Shown here: in pieces, positions 32,058-43,013 of the stretch
How positions within the stretch are numbered: the first letter of the stretch is position 1
How the letters are laid out: each line of letters opens with the position of its first letter
Assembly (NCBI GenBank): GCA_965214775.1
Contig: OZ243974.1
Coordinates: 1,344,001 to 1,408,000, forward strand
From: Nitrosopumilus sp.
GTDB lineage: Archaea; Thermoproteota; Nitrososphaeria; Nitrososphaerales; Nitrosopumilaceae
Length of the DNA stretch: 64,000 bases
Direction: 5' to 3'
Made by a program: the position numbers and the translations under genes
The notes under the pieces: generated by a model
The model's database searches: none
Told to the model about the DNA's origin: nothing
What the model saw: only the letters and a program-made list of their open reading frames with translations

Positions 32058-32536
32058 AAACCGTCGAATCTTTTGGGTATGTCTAGGCTCTTTCCTTCCG
32101 ACAAAAGAGCTAATTTGGACTCCAGATCTTCAAGACTGTCCAATTCTTCCTTGTCCAATTCTTCATCAGACAAGGACTTTCTGCCTAATTTTAGTAATTC
32201 CAAATACAGTGGAGCTAAGCATTCAGTATGTATCCCCGGCTTTAATTTGTAATTGTAGGGATGAGATTCATGAGAGATACCAGCCTCGGATTTGTAGGCA
32301 CTAGAACGCTTCATGTGAACAAATCCAAGAATGACAAGTAATGGAATTCCAACCATCGAACTAGTTATGACATAGGCAGAAAAGCTCGGAAAGAGATCCA
32401 CAAAAGAGTCTGTATTTGCAATAAACAGATAGTATGTAATTGTAAACATGTTTGCTAGCGCTACGGCAAATCCGAAATATTGACTATACCCGGCACGAAA
32501 ATAAAACCATGCACGGAAAGGCAATTCATTGTTCAT
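32054..32536 (-). CDS. Two-TM membrane protein, paralog of 32533-33018
   Basis: FRAWFYFRAGYSQY...HPYNYKLKPG. Confidence 0.8.
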   Translation of the reverse strand: MNNELPFRAWFYFRAGYSQYFGFAVALANMFTITYYLFIANTDSFVDLFPSFSAYVITSSMVGIPLLVILGFVHMKRSSAYKSEAGISHESHPYNYKLKPGIHTECLAPLYLELLKLGRKSLSDEELDKEELDSLEDLESKLALLSEGKSLDIPKRFDGL

Positions 32537-33018
32537 GAGAACGCACCTTTGGGAGGGTTTCCTGCATGCCCGCCATTAATCAAATCCTCTAACTGTTTTT
32601 CAATACTTTTGATCTTGTTAGTCTCATCATCTGAGAGCTTTTCTCCTAGGATCTTTTTCCGATTCAATCTGAGAATCTCGACATAGGCAGGGCCAAATAC
32701 TTCTTTGTTATACCCTGGAAGTAACTTGTAGTTGTACGGAAATGCCTGCTCGTGAATTGCAGCTTCTGTAGAAAAAGTACCAATCCGCTTAAAATGAAGC
32801 CAGCCAACCACAGTAACAATGGGAATGCCAACGGCAATTACAAAGATGATGTAAGATTGGAATGTGGGGAAGATTTCTAAAACAAACGGTACTTTTTGGA
32901 TTGCTAGGAAATAACTGGTTGTCAATATGTTTATCACGCCTATGATCATGGCTAGATAGGTCGCATACCCAATGCGAAAATAAAAAAATCCTTTAAACGT
33001 ACTGCGTTTCTTGGTCAT
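32533..33018 (-). CDS. Two-TM membrane protein, paralog of 32054-32536
   Basis: FKGFFYFRIGYATY...FPYNYKLLPG; 4-bp gene overlaps suggest an operon with the GT2 gene. Confidence 0.8.
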   Translation of the reverse strand: MTKKRSTFKGFFYFRIGYATYLAMIIGVINILTTSYFLAIQKVPFVLEIFPTFQSYIIFVIAVGIPIVTVVGWLHFKRIGTFSTEAAIHEQAFPYNYKLLPGYNKEVFGPAYVEILRLNRKKILGEKLSDDETNKIKSIEKQLEDLINGGHAGNPPKGAFS

Positions 33019-33700
33019 ACTTTATCATTAATAGTTACAGTTTTTAGGTGTTGGCTGGGTAAAAATTCTTACTGTTGCATGAAAGATGTACAGTCGCTCT
33101 GGTGAAAACATAATTGGACTGTGCAATCGATCCGTATCTAGGATCATTACGAACAAGCTCATCTAAATCAGGCAAATTACGCATAGCCTGCTGCCATTAA
33201 AGACGGGAAAAAATAACGGGGGAGGGAGAGAGAGAGGCCGTCCAAATTTGTTCCTAGGTCGGTGGTCCATCCTGCCACAAATGTTGAAGAGACTGCAAAA
33301 ATCATTTCAAGCGGAATTCATACCATTTTTCCAATCCGGCTGACCCAGATGGATATGAACTGCATGTCGTGAACAGCCCTTCCAAAAGTTCCCCGTAAAA
33401 CGGCTCCCCATCTGACACGGCTCAAATTGTGGTGATGATTGAATGTCTTTGATCATCAAAAAGCTGATTCATACGTGATCCATGCACATACGCGCCCGAC
33501 TTTGTCGCCACGTGTACTTTTTGCAGATCCGCATGCCGCCGTCTGCACTGCCGTGAGGCGGACACTTGGAAAGACTGGTGCAATCGCTGTTACTGCTAAA
33601 CCAGTTCATCATCAAAAACGCAAAAAGAATTCCAAAACCCTGTTCGAGCAGCCTGGATTGGAATATGATCTCTCAAAAAATCAAAACAAACTGTCCGTGG

Positions 33701-35023
33701 CTATTTTCCCAACCCAATCGCTTTAAAGTCAATGCCTGAAAATTTTCCCGGATCAAAAATTCTTCGCGCATCTATGACCCTGGGTTTTTTCATGATCTTC
33801 CTTAGTTTGTCCTCGCTTAATCTTCTGTACGTGTCCCATTCCGTCAAAATTAGACAGCAGTCTGAATTCTTTAAACATGACGCAACAGATTTTGAATATT
33901 CGATCTTTCCACGAAAAATTTTTTCAAAATTTGCCATTGCCATGGGATCGTGAACTTTGATTTTTACTCCCCGTCTTAACAACAACTTGGCAATTTTTAC
34001 TGAAATGGCCTCTCTGATGTCATCTGTGTTTTTTTTAAACGCAAGCCCCAAGATTGAGACGGTTCTTCCCTTTTTGTAAACCCCCATCTCTTTCATTAAT
34101 TGAACAATCTTTTTTGGCCGGAGATCATTTACGTTTTTTACTGCTTCAAAAAACCTGTCTGATTCAGACTGCTTTTTTGAATAGTGAATCAATCCCTTCA
34201 AATCTTTGGGCAAACAACTACCGCCAAATCCCGGACCTGCTTTTAAAAATAACGGTCCTGCGCGTGGATCTTTACCAATCGCATACGCTATGGCATTCAC
34301 ATCCGAATTTGGAATATTTTGGCACATATTTGCAATTGAGTTGATAAAGCTGATTTTTGTTGCAAGAAATGCATTATTTGCATATTTGATTAGTTCGGCA
34401 CTTGAATAATCCGTATGAATGGTCTCGGGCATTTTTGAATAAAATTTTCTGTAATATTTTTCAAGCATCATGCCTTGGGATCTCTTATCTTCTCCTATTA
34501 TGATTAGATGGGGCTTTAACAAATCTTTTATGGCAAATCCTTCCTTCAAAAATTCTGGATTTACCACTAGAACTAGCTTGTTTTTCTCAATTAGTGTTTT
34601 GACTATCGGCCAAATGACTTTTTTTGTGGTTAATGGCGCCAGTGTACTTTTAACAACTAACATGTGTCTTTTTTTTTTGTCTTTTAAGGCTGAATTTATC
34701 TGAGAAACTGCCTTTTTTATAAACGAGAGATCTACTTCTCCAGACATTTTTGACGGGGTTCCGACTGTAAGAAATGTGATATCTGTCTCTCTTATTGATG
34801 AGATATCTGTTGTAAATTTTATTTTTTCATTTTTTATGGATTTTTTTAGAATATCTTTTAATTCTGGCTCATAAAAGTCTGGAATCCCTTTTTTCAACCT
34901 ATCTATCTTTTCATCGTTACTGTCTATTCCCACCGTGTAAAATCCTTTTTTAGAGTTAGCCGCCGCCAAGGATAGGCCGACAAACCCTAAACCTACTACG
35001 GAGATTTTATCCATACCTGCCAT
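33701..35023 (-). CDS. ugd: UDP-glucose/GDP-mannose 6-dehydrogenase
   Basis: GLGFVG, VGTP, NPEFLKEG, GPGFGGSCLPKD, GLAFKKNTDDIRE. Confidence 0.93.
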   Translation of the reverse strand: MAGMDKISVVGLGFVGLSLAAANSKKGFYTVGIDSNDEKIDRLKKGIPDFYEPELKDILKKSIKNEKIKFTTDISSIRETDITFLTVGTPSKMSGEVDLSFIKKAVSQINSALKDKKKRHMLVVKSTLAPLTTKKVIWPIVKTLIEKNKLVLVVNPEFLKEGFAIKDLLKPHLIIIGEDKRSQGMMLEKYYRKFYSKMPETIHTDYSSAELIKYANNAFLATKISFINSIANMCQNIPNSDVNAIAYAIGKDPRAGPLFLKAGPGFGGSCLPKDLKGLIHYSKKQSESDRFFEAVKNVNDLRPKKIVQLMKEMGVYKKGRTVSILGLAFKKNTDDIREAISVKIAKLLLRRGVKIKVHDPMAMANFEKIFRGKIEYSKSVASCLKNSDCCLILTEWDTYRRLSEDKLRKIMKKPRVIDARRIFDPGKFSGIDFKAIGLGK

Positions 35024-35199
35024 ATTGTATTTTGAACCATAACCTTGTACAATAAATAAATATCACCTGCGAAAAATTTACCCGTTTTTTGATCTTGTTG
35101 ATTTTTCAGGCATTTGCACAATTTTTACGATATCTGTTGCTTTCTGACCATCCATTACTGGGACTGTTTTTTCATAACGCATCTAAAAAATCGTGTACC

Positions 35200-35385
35200 G
35201 GGTCGGGTTCTGTAGTGCGCACAGTTGAAATCTGGACGTTTTTTATCAAAATAGGCACGATATGTCAAAATTACGGTCCGTTTTTTTGATGTGCGTACTG
35301 GAAGTTCAGGCACGGGTTTTGCCACTCTGGAGGACTCACAAGCAGATTCGTTCCTGAAATCAGGAGCAGCTTCTAGGATCCGAAC
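35200..35385. mobile_element. MITE-B-related element with nested MITE family E (~35215-35296)
   Basis: CACAGTTGAAATCTGGAC..ATCAAAATAGGCACGATATG repeated at ~38265 and ~39755; flanks GGGTTCTG..CTGGAAGTTCAGGC as at 60013-60123. Confidence 0.6.
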
Positions 35386-35618
35386 TGCTATGCCTGATGT
35401 GTACCGTCTGCGCCCAAATCCGGCAGGATTGCAGACAGATCAGCGAGGATCCGACTCTGTCTTCTGCTGGATCCAAACCCGCCTAACATTGGGTTTGTCG
35501 CACATTTTACTTGGCTGCTGAAAAGAAATGGAATGTGTGGGAGCAATCCTCTTCCGTCTTGGACAAAGCTTACATCCTCTCAATTGCCCAGATGATGGGC
35601 CCGCCTTGGTGATCTGGC

Positions 35619-36692
35619 TCAGAACCTGTCTTTCAGGATGCTGATGATTTTTTCAGATGCGCCACCGCGCCCGTATGGGGGGGTTCTCCGTGTCCTAAGA
35701 GACGGCAGATTCGCGACATTCGTTATGGATTTTTGTATTTGTGGAGGCGATGTTCCCGCCATCAACGCATAACCGGATGCGATCGACTCTGGACGATCGG
35801 TGGTTTTTCGGATCACGACTGCCTTTTTTCTGATCGACGGTGCGGTTACTTCCTCCTGAATCCCGCCCGAGTCGGTAACAACAAACGAGGATCTCTTCAT
35901 AAGTTCCAGCATGTCAAAGTATCCGGCAGGATCCAGCAAAGTGAAGTTTTTTGCTCTCTCCATCTTTTCTAGGAGGCCAAGCTGAACCAGCCGCTTTTTT
36001 GTTCGGGGGTGAACGGGAAAGACAAAACACTGCTTGCAGCCAAGCAGTGCGCCGATTATCGATGAGAGGGAGACGTCGTCATCTACGTTTTCTGATCGGT
36101 GCAGAGTCAGCAAGGCATAGTTGTCGATGCCAATGTCAAGAGTGGACTTTGCCCGGGAGATCCTTGCATACCTTTCAACAGAGTCGATTACCGTGTTTCC
36201 TGTCACGTGGATCCTTCCGTGGACGCATTCAGCAAGTAGGTTGTTTCGGGAGGTTTTTGTCGGTGCAAATAAAAGATCCGAGACGTGATCGACGCAGATC
36301 CTGTTGTGCTCTTCTGGCATTCTCCAATCGAAGCTCCTCAGCCCGGATTCGACATGGCTGACCGGAACCTTGGATTTTAGCGATGTGACGGCGGAGGCCA
36401 TAACCGTGTTTGTATCCCCCTGCACTATAACGGTGTCAGGCTTTGTCTCGTCAAGTATTTTAGAAAGCCGGATCATGATTTCACCCATCTGAACAGCCGG
36501 GACGGACTTTGAAATCAGCAGGGAATAGTCGGGTCTGCGCAGTTTGAGCTGCTCAATCAAATCCATGCCCATCAAGTGATCATAGTGCTGTCCGGAGAAT
36601 ATCAGTGTGGAGTCTTTCTTGCGCAACTGGTTTATGACCGGAGCGAGCTTGATTATCTCCGGCCTGGTTCCCATTACAACGGCAGTCTTCAT
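35619..36692 (-). CDS. wecB: UDP-N-acetylglucosamine 2-epimerase
   Basis: GTRPEIIK, QGDTNT, HVESGLRSFD, TDSGGIQEE; start at MKTAVV. Confidence 0.93.
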   Translation of the reverse strand: MKTAVVMGTRPEIIKLAPVINQLRKKDSTLIFSGQHYDHLMGMDLIEQLKLRRPDYSLLISKSVPAVQMGEIMIRLSKILDETKPDTVIVQGDTNTVMASAVTSLKSKVPVSHVESGLRSFDWRMPEEHNRICVDHVSDLLFAPTKTSRNNLLAECVHGRIHVTGNTVIDSVERYARISRAKSTLDIGIDNYALLTLHRSENVDDDVSLSSIIGALLGCKQCFVFPVHPRTKKRLVQLGLLEKMERAKNFTLLDPAGYFDMLELMKRSSFVVTDSGGIQEEVTAPSIRKKAVVIRKTTDRPESIASGYALMAGTSPPQIQKSITNVANLPSLRTRRTPPYGRGGASEKIISILKDRF

Positions 36693-36993
36693 GGAATTCA
36701 AGTACACAAACCCAGAACTTGTTATTAATTTATGCCAGTTCAGGCCGTTGTCCAGAACTGTGATTTTCAGGCGTGATTCTGAGATGATCCGTAACACGCC
36801 ATGCAGGTTGATCCAAAAAAGTGGAACTAGGCGACAATCCCGGTTGAATGACCGGCCATTTCTGGTGACAAAACCCGTGCCTGAACTTCCCAGAGCCCAA
36901 CCTGTTGCCAAACCATGCAGTCCTGATTTCTCTTTTTTTTGTAGTATGATATTGTGGGATCATTTGGAAAAGCATACGTGGTGTGATTTTAAC

Positions 36994-37842
36994 TCAGACA
37001 TATTTTAACAGTTTTTTGTAATCATGCAAAACTTTCACATATGATTCTGGAGTACCGACATCTAGTCTTTTTTCATCTTTTTGAATTTTTACGCCGATTG
37101 CCGGATGTTTTTCTAGACTCATGGTTATGGCTCTTGCAAGTTGAAGTTCTGGGTTTCCGCCTTTGGACTTTTTTAAATAATTAAAAATCGACGGTTTAAA
37201 CATATAGATTGCAATTACTGCAGAGTTGGATTTTGGTTTTTTTGGCTTTTCTGCAATACTGTCGATTTTTATCACATTCTTTTCTAATAACTTCCCCTCG
37301 ACGACCCCGTATTTCCTTGGATCTTCTATATCCTCAATCAGACATGCAATTTCAGCGTCGTATTTCAAAAAATTTCTCTTCAGGCTATGCAAGTGTGAAT
37401 TATTTCTTGATAATATTATATCGTCTCCTGCATGCAGCAAAAATGGCTCATCCCCTACAAAATTTCTACTGCGAAAAATTGCATCCCCGAACCCTATGGG
37501 TTTTGGCTGGTAGACAAAACTTATGTTGGATTTTTCGAGATTTCTAAAAAATTTGTTTAATTCTCCGGCGATCTCATTTTTCCTTGTTTTTCTGAGATCA
37601 CTTACTAGATCAAAGTTGGGCGTAAAATGATCCTGTACTGCCCTCTTTGAACTTCCTACTATGAAGCAATAGTCGGTAATTCCAAAATTGCACAGTCTTT
37701 CATAAACCATCTGTAAAAACGGTTTTAAAACTATCTTTTTGCTTGACGAAAAATCATAGATTGGCAGCATCTCTTTGGGGAGTTCTTTGGTAACTGGCAG
37801 CAGTCTGGTTCCGAGTCCGGCCACAGTAAAAACACACTTCAT
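36994..37842 (-). CDS. galU: Sugar-1-phosphate nucleotidyltransferase (GalU-like)
   Basis: AGLGTRLLPVTKELPKEMLP, QPKPIGFGDA, YGVV, EKP, DVGTP. Confidence 0.88.
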   Translation of the reverse strand: MKCVFTVAGLGTRLLPVTKELPKEMLPIYDFSSSKKIVLKPFLQMVYERLCNFGITDYCFIVGSSKRAVQDHFTPNFDLVSDLRKTRKNEIAGELNKFFRNLEKSNISFVYQPKPIGFGDAIFRSRNFVGDEPFLLHAGDDIILSRNNSHLHSLKRNFLKYDAEIACLIEDIEDPRKYGVVEGKLLEKNVIKIDSIAEKPKKPKSNSAVIAIYMFKPSIFNYLKKSKGGNPELQLARAITMSLEKHPAIGVKIQKDEKRLDVGTPESYVKVLHDYKKLLKYV

Positions 37843-37889
37843 CTGTATCTAACTGAGTTGGGATCTCGGTTTTAAACAGTTTCATTCCC

Positions 37890-38029
37890 TAGTTTGTTGC
37901 ATAACTTCCTTTTTCGTCAAAAAACTCCTGATTTCGATCACAAATAGAGCCGAAATCAACTGTGATTTTTATCTGGATTTATCATTTAGGACGAATTCAA
38001 GTAAAAAAATCGAGTTATGCAACAAACTA
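37890..38029. mobile_element. MITE family D (140 bp)
   Basis: Perfect 17-bp TIR TAGTTTGTTGCATAACT; 7-bp TSD CATTCCC; second copy at ~55152-55288. Confidence 0.85.
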
Positions 38030-38732
38030 CATTCCCAACCCCTTTTCATTTTTCGAAGATGATCAATCCCAGTCAAGCCTTTGGCCTATCAAGTCAGGCG
38101 GCATTTCATTATGCAGGCTGAAGAATGATCTTCGAGAGCTGGTTTGAAATTGGCAAATTCGGATCATCTGGCAGGCCGGGCTCTGGAAGCGGTTTACGAT
38201 TTTGGGCACAAATTCTGTTTGATCGGCATTCATTGGTGGCAAAATTTACGCCTGAACTTCCTGTACACACAGTTGAAATCTGGACATTTTTTATCAAAAT
38301 AGACACGATATGATGGTCTCAAAATTACGGTCCATTCTTTTGATGTGTGCGATACAAGCTACTTGATAAATGTACAGAAAAATCCGGGCATTTGCTGTTT
38401 CTGATTTCGGATCATCCATGTTTCTCAAGCCCTGCTGCATCAATACCTGCAAATGCTCTGTCTTGACATGCGTGCTGGACAAACCTGCCAATTGCGGCGC
38501 GCAGCCACATGCCGCCTGGCCCCTGCCGTCTTTTGTAGCATGATAAAATACGCAATGCCTCTGGGTTTTGGCAGGACTGCAATCTCGGTTGCAACTTCAA
38601 GCCGTTCAACCCTGATGATCTGGCGTGATCTCCAACACGGCCAAGCCCTGATGATTCCTGGCCGGCCGATACCACTGGCTGTTTTCATACGTTAATCGCT
38701 TAGAATAATTACCAGACAAGTCAAATTTCGAC

Positions 38733-39656
38733 ATGCAAATTCTGATTACAGGCGGCTGTGGATTTGTTGGATCTCATCTGTCCAAATACCTGCTTGAGAA
38801 AGGACACAAGGTTGTTGCTTATGACAATTTTTCAAACTCTAAAAAAAATGAAAATTCCTTGCAACCACGTGTCATTAAGGGAGACATACTTGATTTGTCA
38901 CATATCTCAAAGTGCTTGGAAAAAATTGACTTGGTAATACATTTGGCCGCACAAATCAGCGTAATTGACTCGAACTCACATCCAGAAAAAACCCTGAAAA
39001 TCAACGTTCAGGGCACAGAAAACGTCTTAAACGCATGTGTTAAACAACAGGTAAAAAACTTCATTGGTATCTCTAGTGCGGCTGTGTTTGGAAATCAGAA
39101 TAACATTCTTTCAGAAAACTCCCCGACCCTTCCGATCTCCGTCTATGGCAAAAGCAAGCTTTTGATGGAAAAAATGATCGTTGATTTTTCAAAAAATCAC
39201 AATATCAACTCTGTAATTCTGAGATTTTTTAACCTATATGGTAAAAACCAATCGCCGCAATATGCCGGAGTGATAGCAAAATTTTTAGACAAAATTAAAA
39301 ATTGCCAGCCCGTTGTAATATGTGGGGACGGAAGCCAGACAAGGGACTTTGTTCACGTTGATGATGCAATAAGCTGTATTGACCTTGCAATACAAAAAAT
39401 GGACGGCAAGTCCGGAGAAATTTACAATGTTGGAAGCGGCCAAAGTACCAAAATTCTAGATCTGGCAAAACTACTCATCTGCCTTTCTAAAAAAAACATT
39501 CCGATAAGCTTTCTTGACCCAATAGAAAATGATATTATTCACAGCCGGACTTCGATAGAACTGGCATCCGATGATCTGGGATATGTCCCAAAGAGAACCC
39601 TGCAGGATGGACTGTCCGAACTTTTAGAACCTTCTGCTAAAAACTCACATATCTGA
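38733..39656 (+). CDS. UDP-glucose 4-epimerase-like SDR
   Basis: TGGCGFVGSH, HLAAQISV, YGKSK, LRFFNLYG, GDGSQTRDFVHV. Confidence 0.92.
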   Translation: MQILITGGCGFVGSHLSKYLLEKGHKVVAYDNFSNSKKNENSLQPRVIKGDILDLSHISKCLEKIDLVIHLAAQISVIDSNSHPEKTLKINVQGTENVLNACVKQQVKNFIGISSAAVFGNQNNILSENSPTLPISVYGKSKLLMEKMIVDFSKNHNINSVILRFFNLYGKNQSPQYAGVIAKFLDKIKNCQPVVICGDGSQTRDFVHVDDAISCIDLAIQKMDGKSGEIYNVGSGQSTKILDLAKLLICLSKKNIPISFLDPIENDIIHSRTSIELASDDLGYVPKRTLQDGLSELLEPSAKNSHI

Positions 39657-40871
39657 CCTGATGACAGAACTGACAGATTTGACATGCAACGGATCAATTT
39701 TTCTATCAGACTTTATGGATTGAAGCGTTGATCAGTCTGCAAAAGTGCCATAATGCGCACAGTTGAAATCTGAAAGTTTTTTTATCGAAATAGGCACGGC
39801 ATGTCAAAATCATGGTTCATTTTTTTGATGTGCACTGCATAAAGCAGTCAAGTTTGAAGCAATTCTGATTGGGCCGCCTGCCGCAGATCCACATCATGCC
39901 GCCGCCTGCATTGCAATGAACGTGTACTGTGGTGACGATTGAAAGTCTTTGATCATCAAAAAGCGCATTTCTGCGTAATTCACATCCATATATGCTCAAG
40001 AATTTTTGATCGTCGCTATACATCTGCAGAATGGGAGTCCATGCCTAGGCAGCAATCAGGAACGAACATGCATGCACTTGTGATTTCCATGCCTGTCCGG
40101 CAAGGGACGTGGATCCGACTCTAGGCAGCGGTCATCTATTACAAAAGATACTGCTGCCATCTGCTTGACATATGACGTACGGCGGTACGGGCCGCGCCCT
40201 CTTTCTGACTCGTCGGCGGGGCACATTGCCGTGCTGCATGGCCGCACACGTCTTTTTGACATGAACCGGTTTTTGCGTGCATTATGACAGGATCCACAGC
40301 GGTATCTTGATCTGATCAATGCGTTTACGTCTGGAAAATCCTGCGGAATTTTTGATCACGGCCGATTACACATAAAGTCTAATGGAGAGATAGTTGATCA
40401 TAACTCTGCTAGACGGTTATATGCCGTACCATGTCTGTCAAATAACAACCTTATCATTTTCCGTTTTTCGTCCCAGTAAGTTTGGATGGATCTATCCTGC
40501 CCATCGTGTCTTCCATTTTATTGGGTTGGTCCATGATTGCATTATGAAGACGCACGTATTCCTCCTTAAAAGAAAGGCCCACTTTACAAGTGTCTATCTC
40601 ACTCCCATGTTCTCTGACGGATGAATCCTGCTCTAATTGTACATCTGATGCCATACTAGTATGATAAACAGAATTCTGCTAATAGCGGTTACTGGTGATG
40701 TCAGCAGTCTTCCCAAAAATACGTGATTCATGACTGTGCAGATGACGGCGGGCGAATCTGCAGGCATTATGACTTGATTTGTTTCAAATCCGGGGCCGTT
40801 TTACGGGGAACTTTTGGGAAATGCCACCTTCAAGGATTCTTTTTAATATCCCTTTGACAACCCGTTTTTTG

Positions 40872-41915
40872 TTGACGGATTCCTCGCTCCGAACAGTCGA
40901 ATGGAGAAACAACAAGGTGGTAATGATTGATCAAACTAGACTGCCAAACGAACTTGTTTTTGTAGAATTTACTGACTATCTTCAAGTTGCAGACGCAATC
41001 AAAACCCTGGTTGTAAGAGGGGCCCCCGCAATTGGCGTTTCTGGGGCGTTTGGCATGGGCCTTGCAGCCTTACAGAGCCAGGCAGCTACAAAAGAAGAGC
41101 TTGTTTCTGACTTGGAAAAAGCAAAAAACATCCTATTTTCAACCAGGCCGACTGCAGTAAACCTTGGTTGGGGTCTAGACAAAGTCATGAATGCCGCAAA
41201 AACCGGAAGCAGCGTTGATGAAATAAGGAGTCTGGTTGTCTCCACTGCAAGAAACATGGCAGATGAGGACATTGAAATTAACAAGACAATGGGAAAAAAC
41301 GGTTCTGTATTGTTTGATGATAACGACACTGTAATGACTCATTGCAATGCCGGCGCCCTTGCAACTGTTGCGTACGGCACAGCCCTTGGAGTAATCCGGG
41401 CTGCCAAGGAGAGTGGAAAAAATGTAAAAGTGATTGCCACTGAAACCAGGCCTGTTCAGCAGGGTTCTAGACTAACGGCCTTTGAATTACAGCATGACGG
41501 GTTTGATGTCAGCCTGATTCCAGATACCGCAGTAGGGTACTCTATGGCAAATGGACTGGTTGACAAGGTCGTAGTTGGCGCAGACAGAATTGTAAAAACC
41601 GGACACGTATTTAACAAAATTGGAACATACCAAGTTGCAACCATGGCAAGACGACACGGGATTCCATTCTACGTTGCGGCCCCCCTGTCGACAATAGATC
41701 TGCAAAGCAGGGCAGAAGACGTTGTCATTGAAATGAGAAAGGGCACCGAAGTCACTGGAACAGGCGAGAAAAAAACAGCCCCAGACGACATCAGTGTCAT
41801 TAATCCCGCATTTGACATGACTCCTCCCGAACTGATTGCCGGAATTATTACCGAAAAAGGAGTTGTCCGGCCCCCATATAAGGAATCTATAGCAAAATTA
41901 TTTGAAGCTAATTAA
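40872..41915 (+). CDS. mtnA: S-methyl-5-thioribose-1-phosphate isomerase
   Basis: DQTRLP, VRGAPAIG, RPTAVNL, THCNAGALAT, ETRP..QGSRLT, NKIGTY. Confidence 0.93.
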   Translation: MTDSSLRTVEWRNNKVVMIDQTRLPNELVFVEFTDYLQVADAIKTLVVRGAPAIGVSGAFGMGLAALQSQAATKEELVSDLEKAKNILFSTRPTAVNLGWGLDKVMNAAKTGSSVDEIRSLVVSTARNMADEDIEINKTMGKNGSVLFDDNDTVMTHCNAGALATVAYGTALGVIRAAKESGKNVKVIATETRPVQQGSRLTAFELQHDGFDVSLIPDTAVGYSMANGLVDKVVVGADRIVKTGHVFNKIGTYQVATMARRHGIPFYVAAPLSTIDLQSRAEDVVIEMRKGTEVTGTGEKKTAPDDISVINPAFDMTPPELIAGIITEKGVVRPPYKESIAKLFEAN

Positions 41916-41954
41916 TAGAAAGTTTTTATTGTTTTTCAAATTGCTTCAAACAAT

Positions 41955-42593
41955 ATGAGCACAGTCACCTCTCAGGCAGTCGAAGACTCCCTAAAACAGT
42001 GCATGGATCCCGAGGTTCCGCTAAACATCGTTGAGATGGGACTTGTCTATGGAATCGATGTGGCAGATAATAACGACGTTAACATCAAAATGACCATGAC
42101 CACCCAGGGATGCCCCTTGCATGAAACTCTGGTCTCTGATGCCACACGATTTGTCAAGAAAGTTCCCGGGGTAAACAATGTCAACGTTGAAATCGTTTGG
42201 GATCCCCCCTGGTCAATGGACAAAATGTCCGAAGAGGCCAAGACAAAAATCAAGAACATGGGCGCCGGCATGGATATTCCTGCTCCGATCAATTATGAGA
42301 CTGCCTTGCCTCAGGGCGCCGGCAAGCTAGTCCGGCAGGAGGACGGCTCACTGGTCTTGGCAAACGAGCACGAACAAGGATTTATGGTAAACCAGGCAAT
42401 CGTTGATTTCTGGAAGTCATGTAACGGGCAGAGAAAGGTAACAGATCTTGTGGAAATCTTTGCGCAGCAAACCGGACTCCAACGAAAGCAAGTTGAAAAG
42501 GAAGTGATGCAGCTATTGCAGCAGCTTAGAGACGGCGGATTAATTGTCATTGCCAGCAAGCCGGGTGCCCCGAATGTTGAATTTAAAAAATAA
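41955..42593 (+). CDS. DUF59/MIP18 Fe-S assembly domain fused to a PqqD-like domain
   Basis: DPEVPLNIVEMGLVY, TTQGCP, VWDPPW; C-terminal VNQAIVDFWKSCNGQRKVTDL. Confidence 0.85.
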   Translation: MSTVTSQAVEDSLKQCMDPEVPLNIVEMGLVYGIDVADNNDVNIKMTMTTQGCPLHETLVSDATRFVKKVPGVNNVNVEIVWDPPWSMDKMSEEAKTKIKNMGAGMDIPAPINYETALPQGAGKLVRQEDGSLVLANEHEQGFMVNQAIVDFWKSCNGQRKVTDLVEIFAQQTGLQRKQVEKEVMQLLQQLRDGGLIVIASKPGAPNVEFKK

Positions 42594-42897
42594 AAACAAT
42601 AGACATTATGCGTAATCGACCTGAACGAGATGAATTTGTTTGCAACAATCCTGGCTTTGAACCGATTACGCAGTCTAGTGCCCGTAGATGTAACTGATCC
42701 TCAAATGCTTCAAGAACTTTTGCCAGTCAGCACGGTTCATTGCGCGGGTCGGTATGGCCTTATCGGAACCGCAGGCGGAGGCAGGTCATATCTGCAGTTT
42801 TGATTTTATCTTGGTTATGTCGTTTTCTATCCTCTCAAACCGAGAGTCAAGCATCTCGTGGATGTTGGATGAAAGACTTTGGATCTCCGTTATGGTC

Positions 42898-42971
42898 TGA
42901 TCCTGCTTGTCCAGCATCTGATCCTGCTTGTCCAGCATCTGATCCTGCTTGTCCAGCATCTGATCCTGCTT
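42898..42971. repeat. 21-bp tandem repeat x3.5 encoding a KQDQMLD heptad
   Basis: TGATCCTGCTTGTCCAGCATC repeated without spacers. Confidence 0.92.
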
Positions 42972-43013
42972 CGAATCTATGGATTTCAGATACATGGAGC
43001 CGGTGCTGAATCC

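Noticed and set aside
36693-36911. Long N-terminal extensions in the ORF track (wecB; likewise mtnA, coxA, coxB, aminotransferase, IS481)
   Set aside because: The extensions run through MITEs, tRNA, neighbouring genes or intergenic DNA; downstream starts match the family N-termini.
39660-40780. Short ORFs, including 40454-40654
   Set aside because: The region is a mosaic of MITE fragments and no ORF has a recognisable motif, so none can be supported as a gene.
33380-40820. Composite transposon bounded by inverted CCAAAAGTTCCCCGTAAAACGG copies
   Set aside because: The copies appear to face outward, no TSD or transposase is linked to them, and they are more likely independent IS-end remnants.
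42898-42971. 21-bp repeats as CRISPR or regulatory repeats
   Set aside because: Contiguous tandem units without spacers that encode an in-frame coiled-coil heptad.
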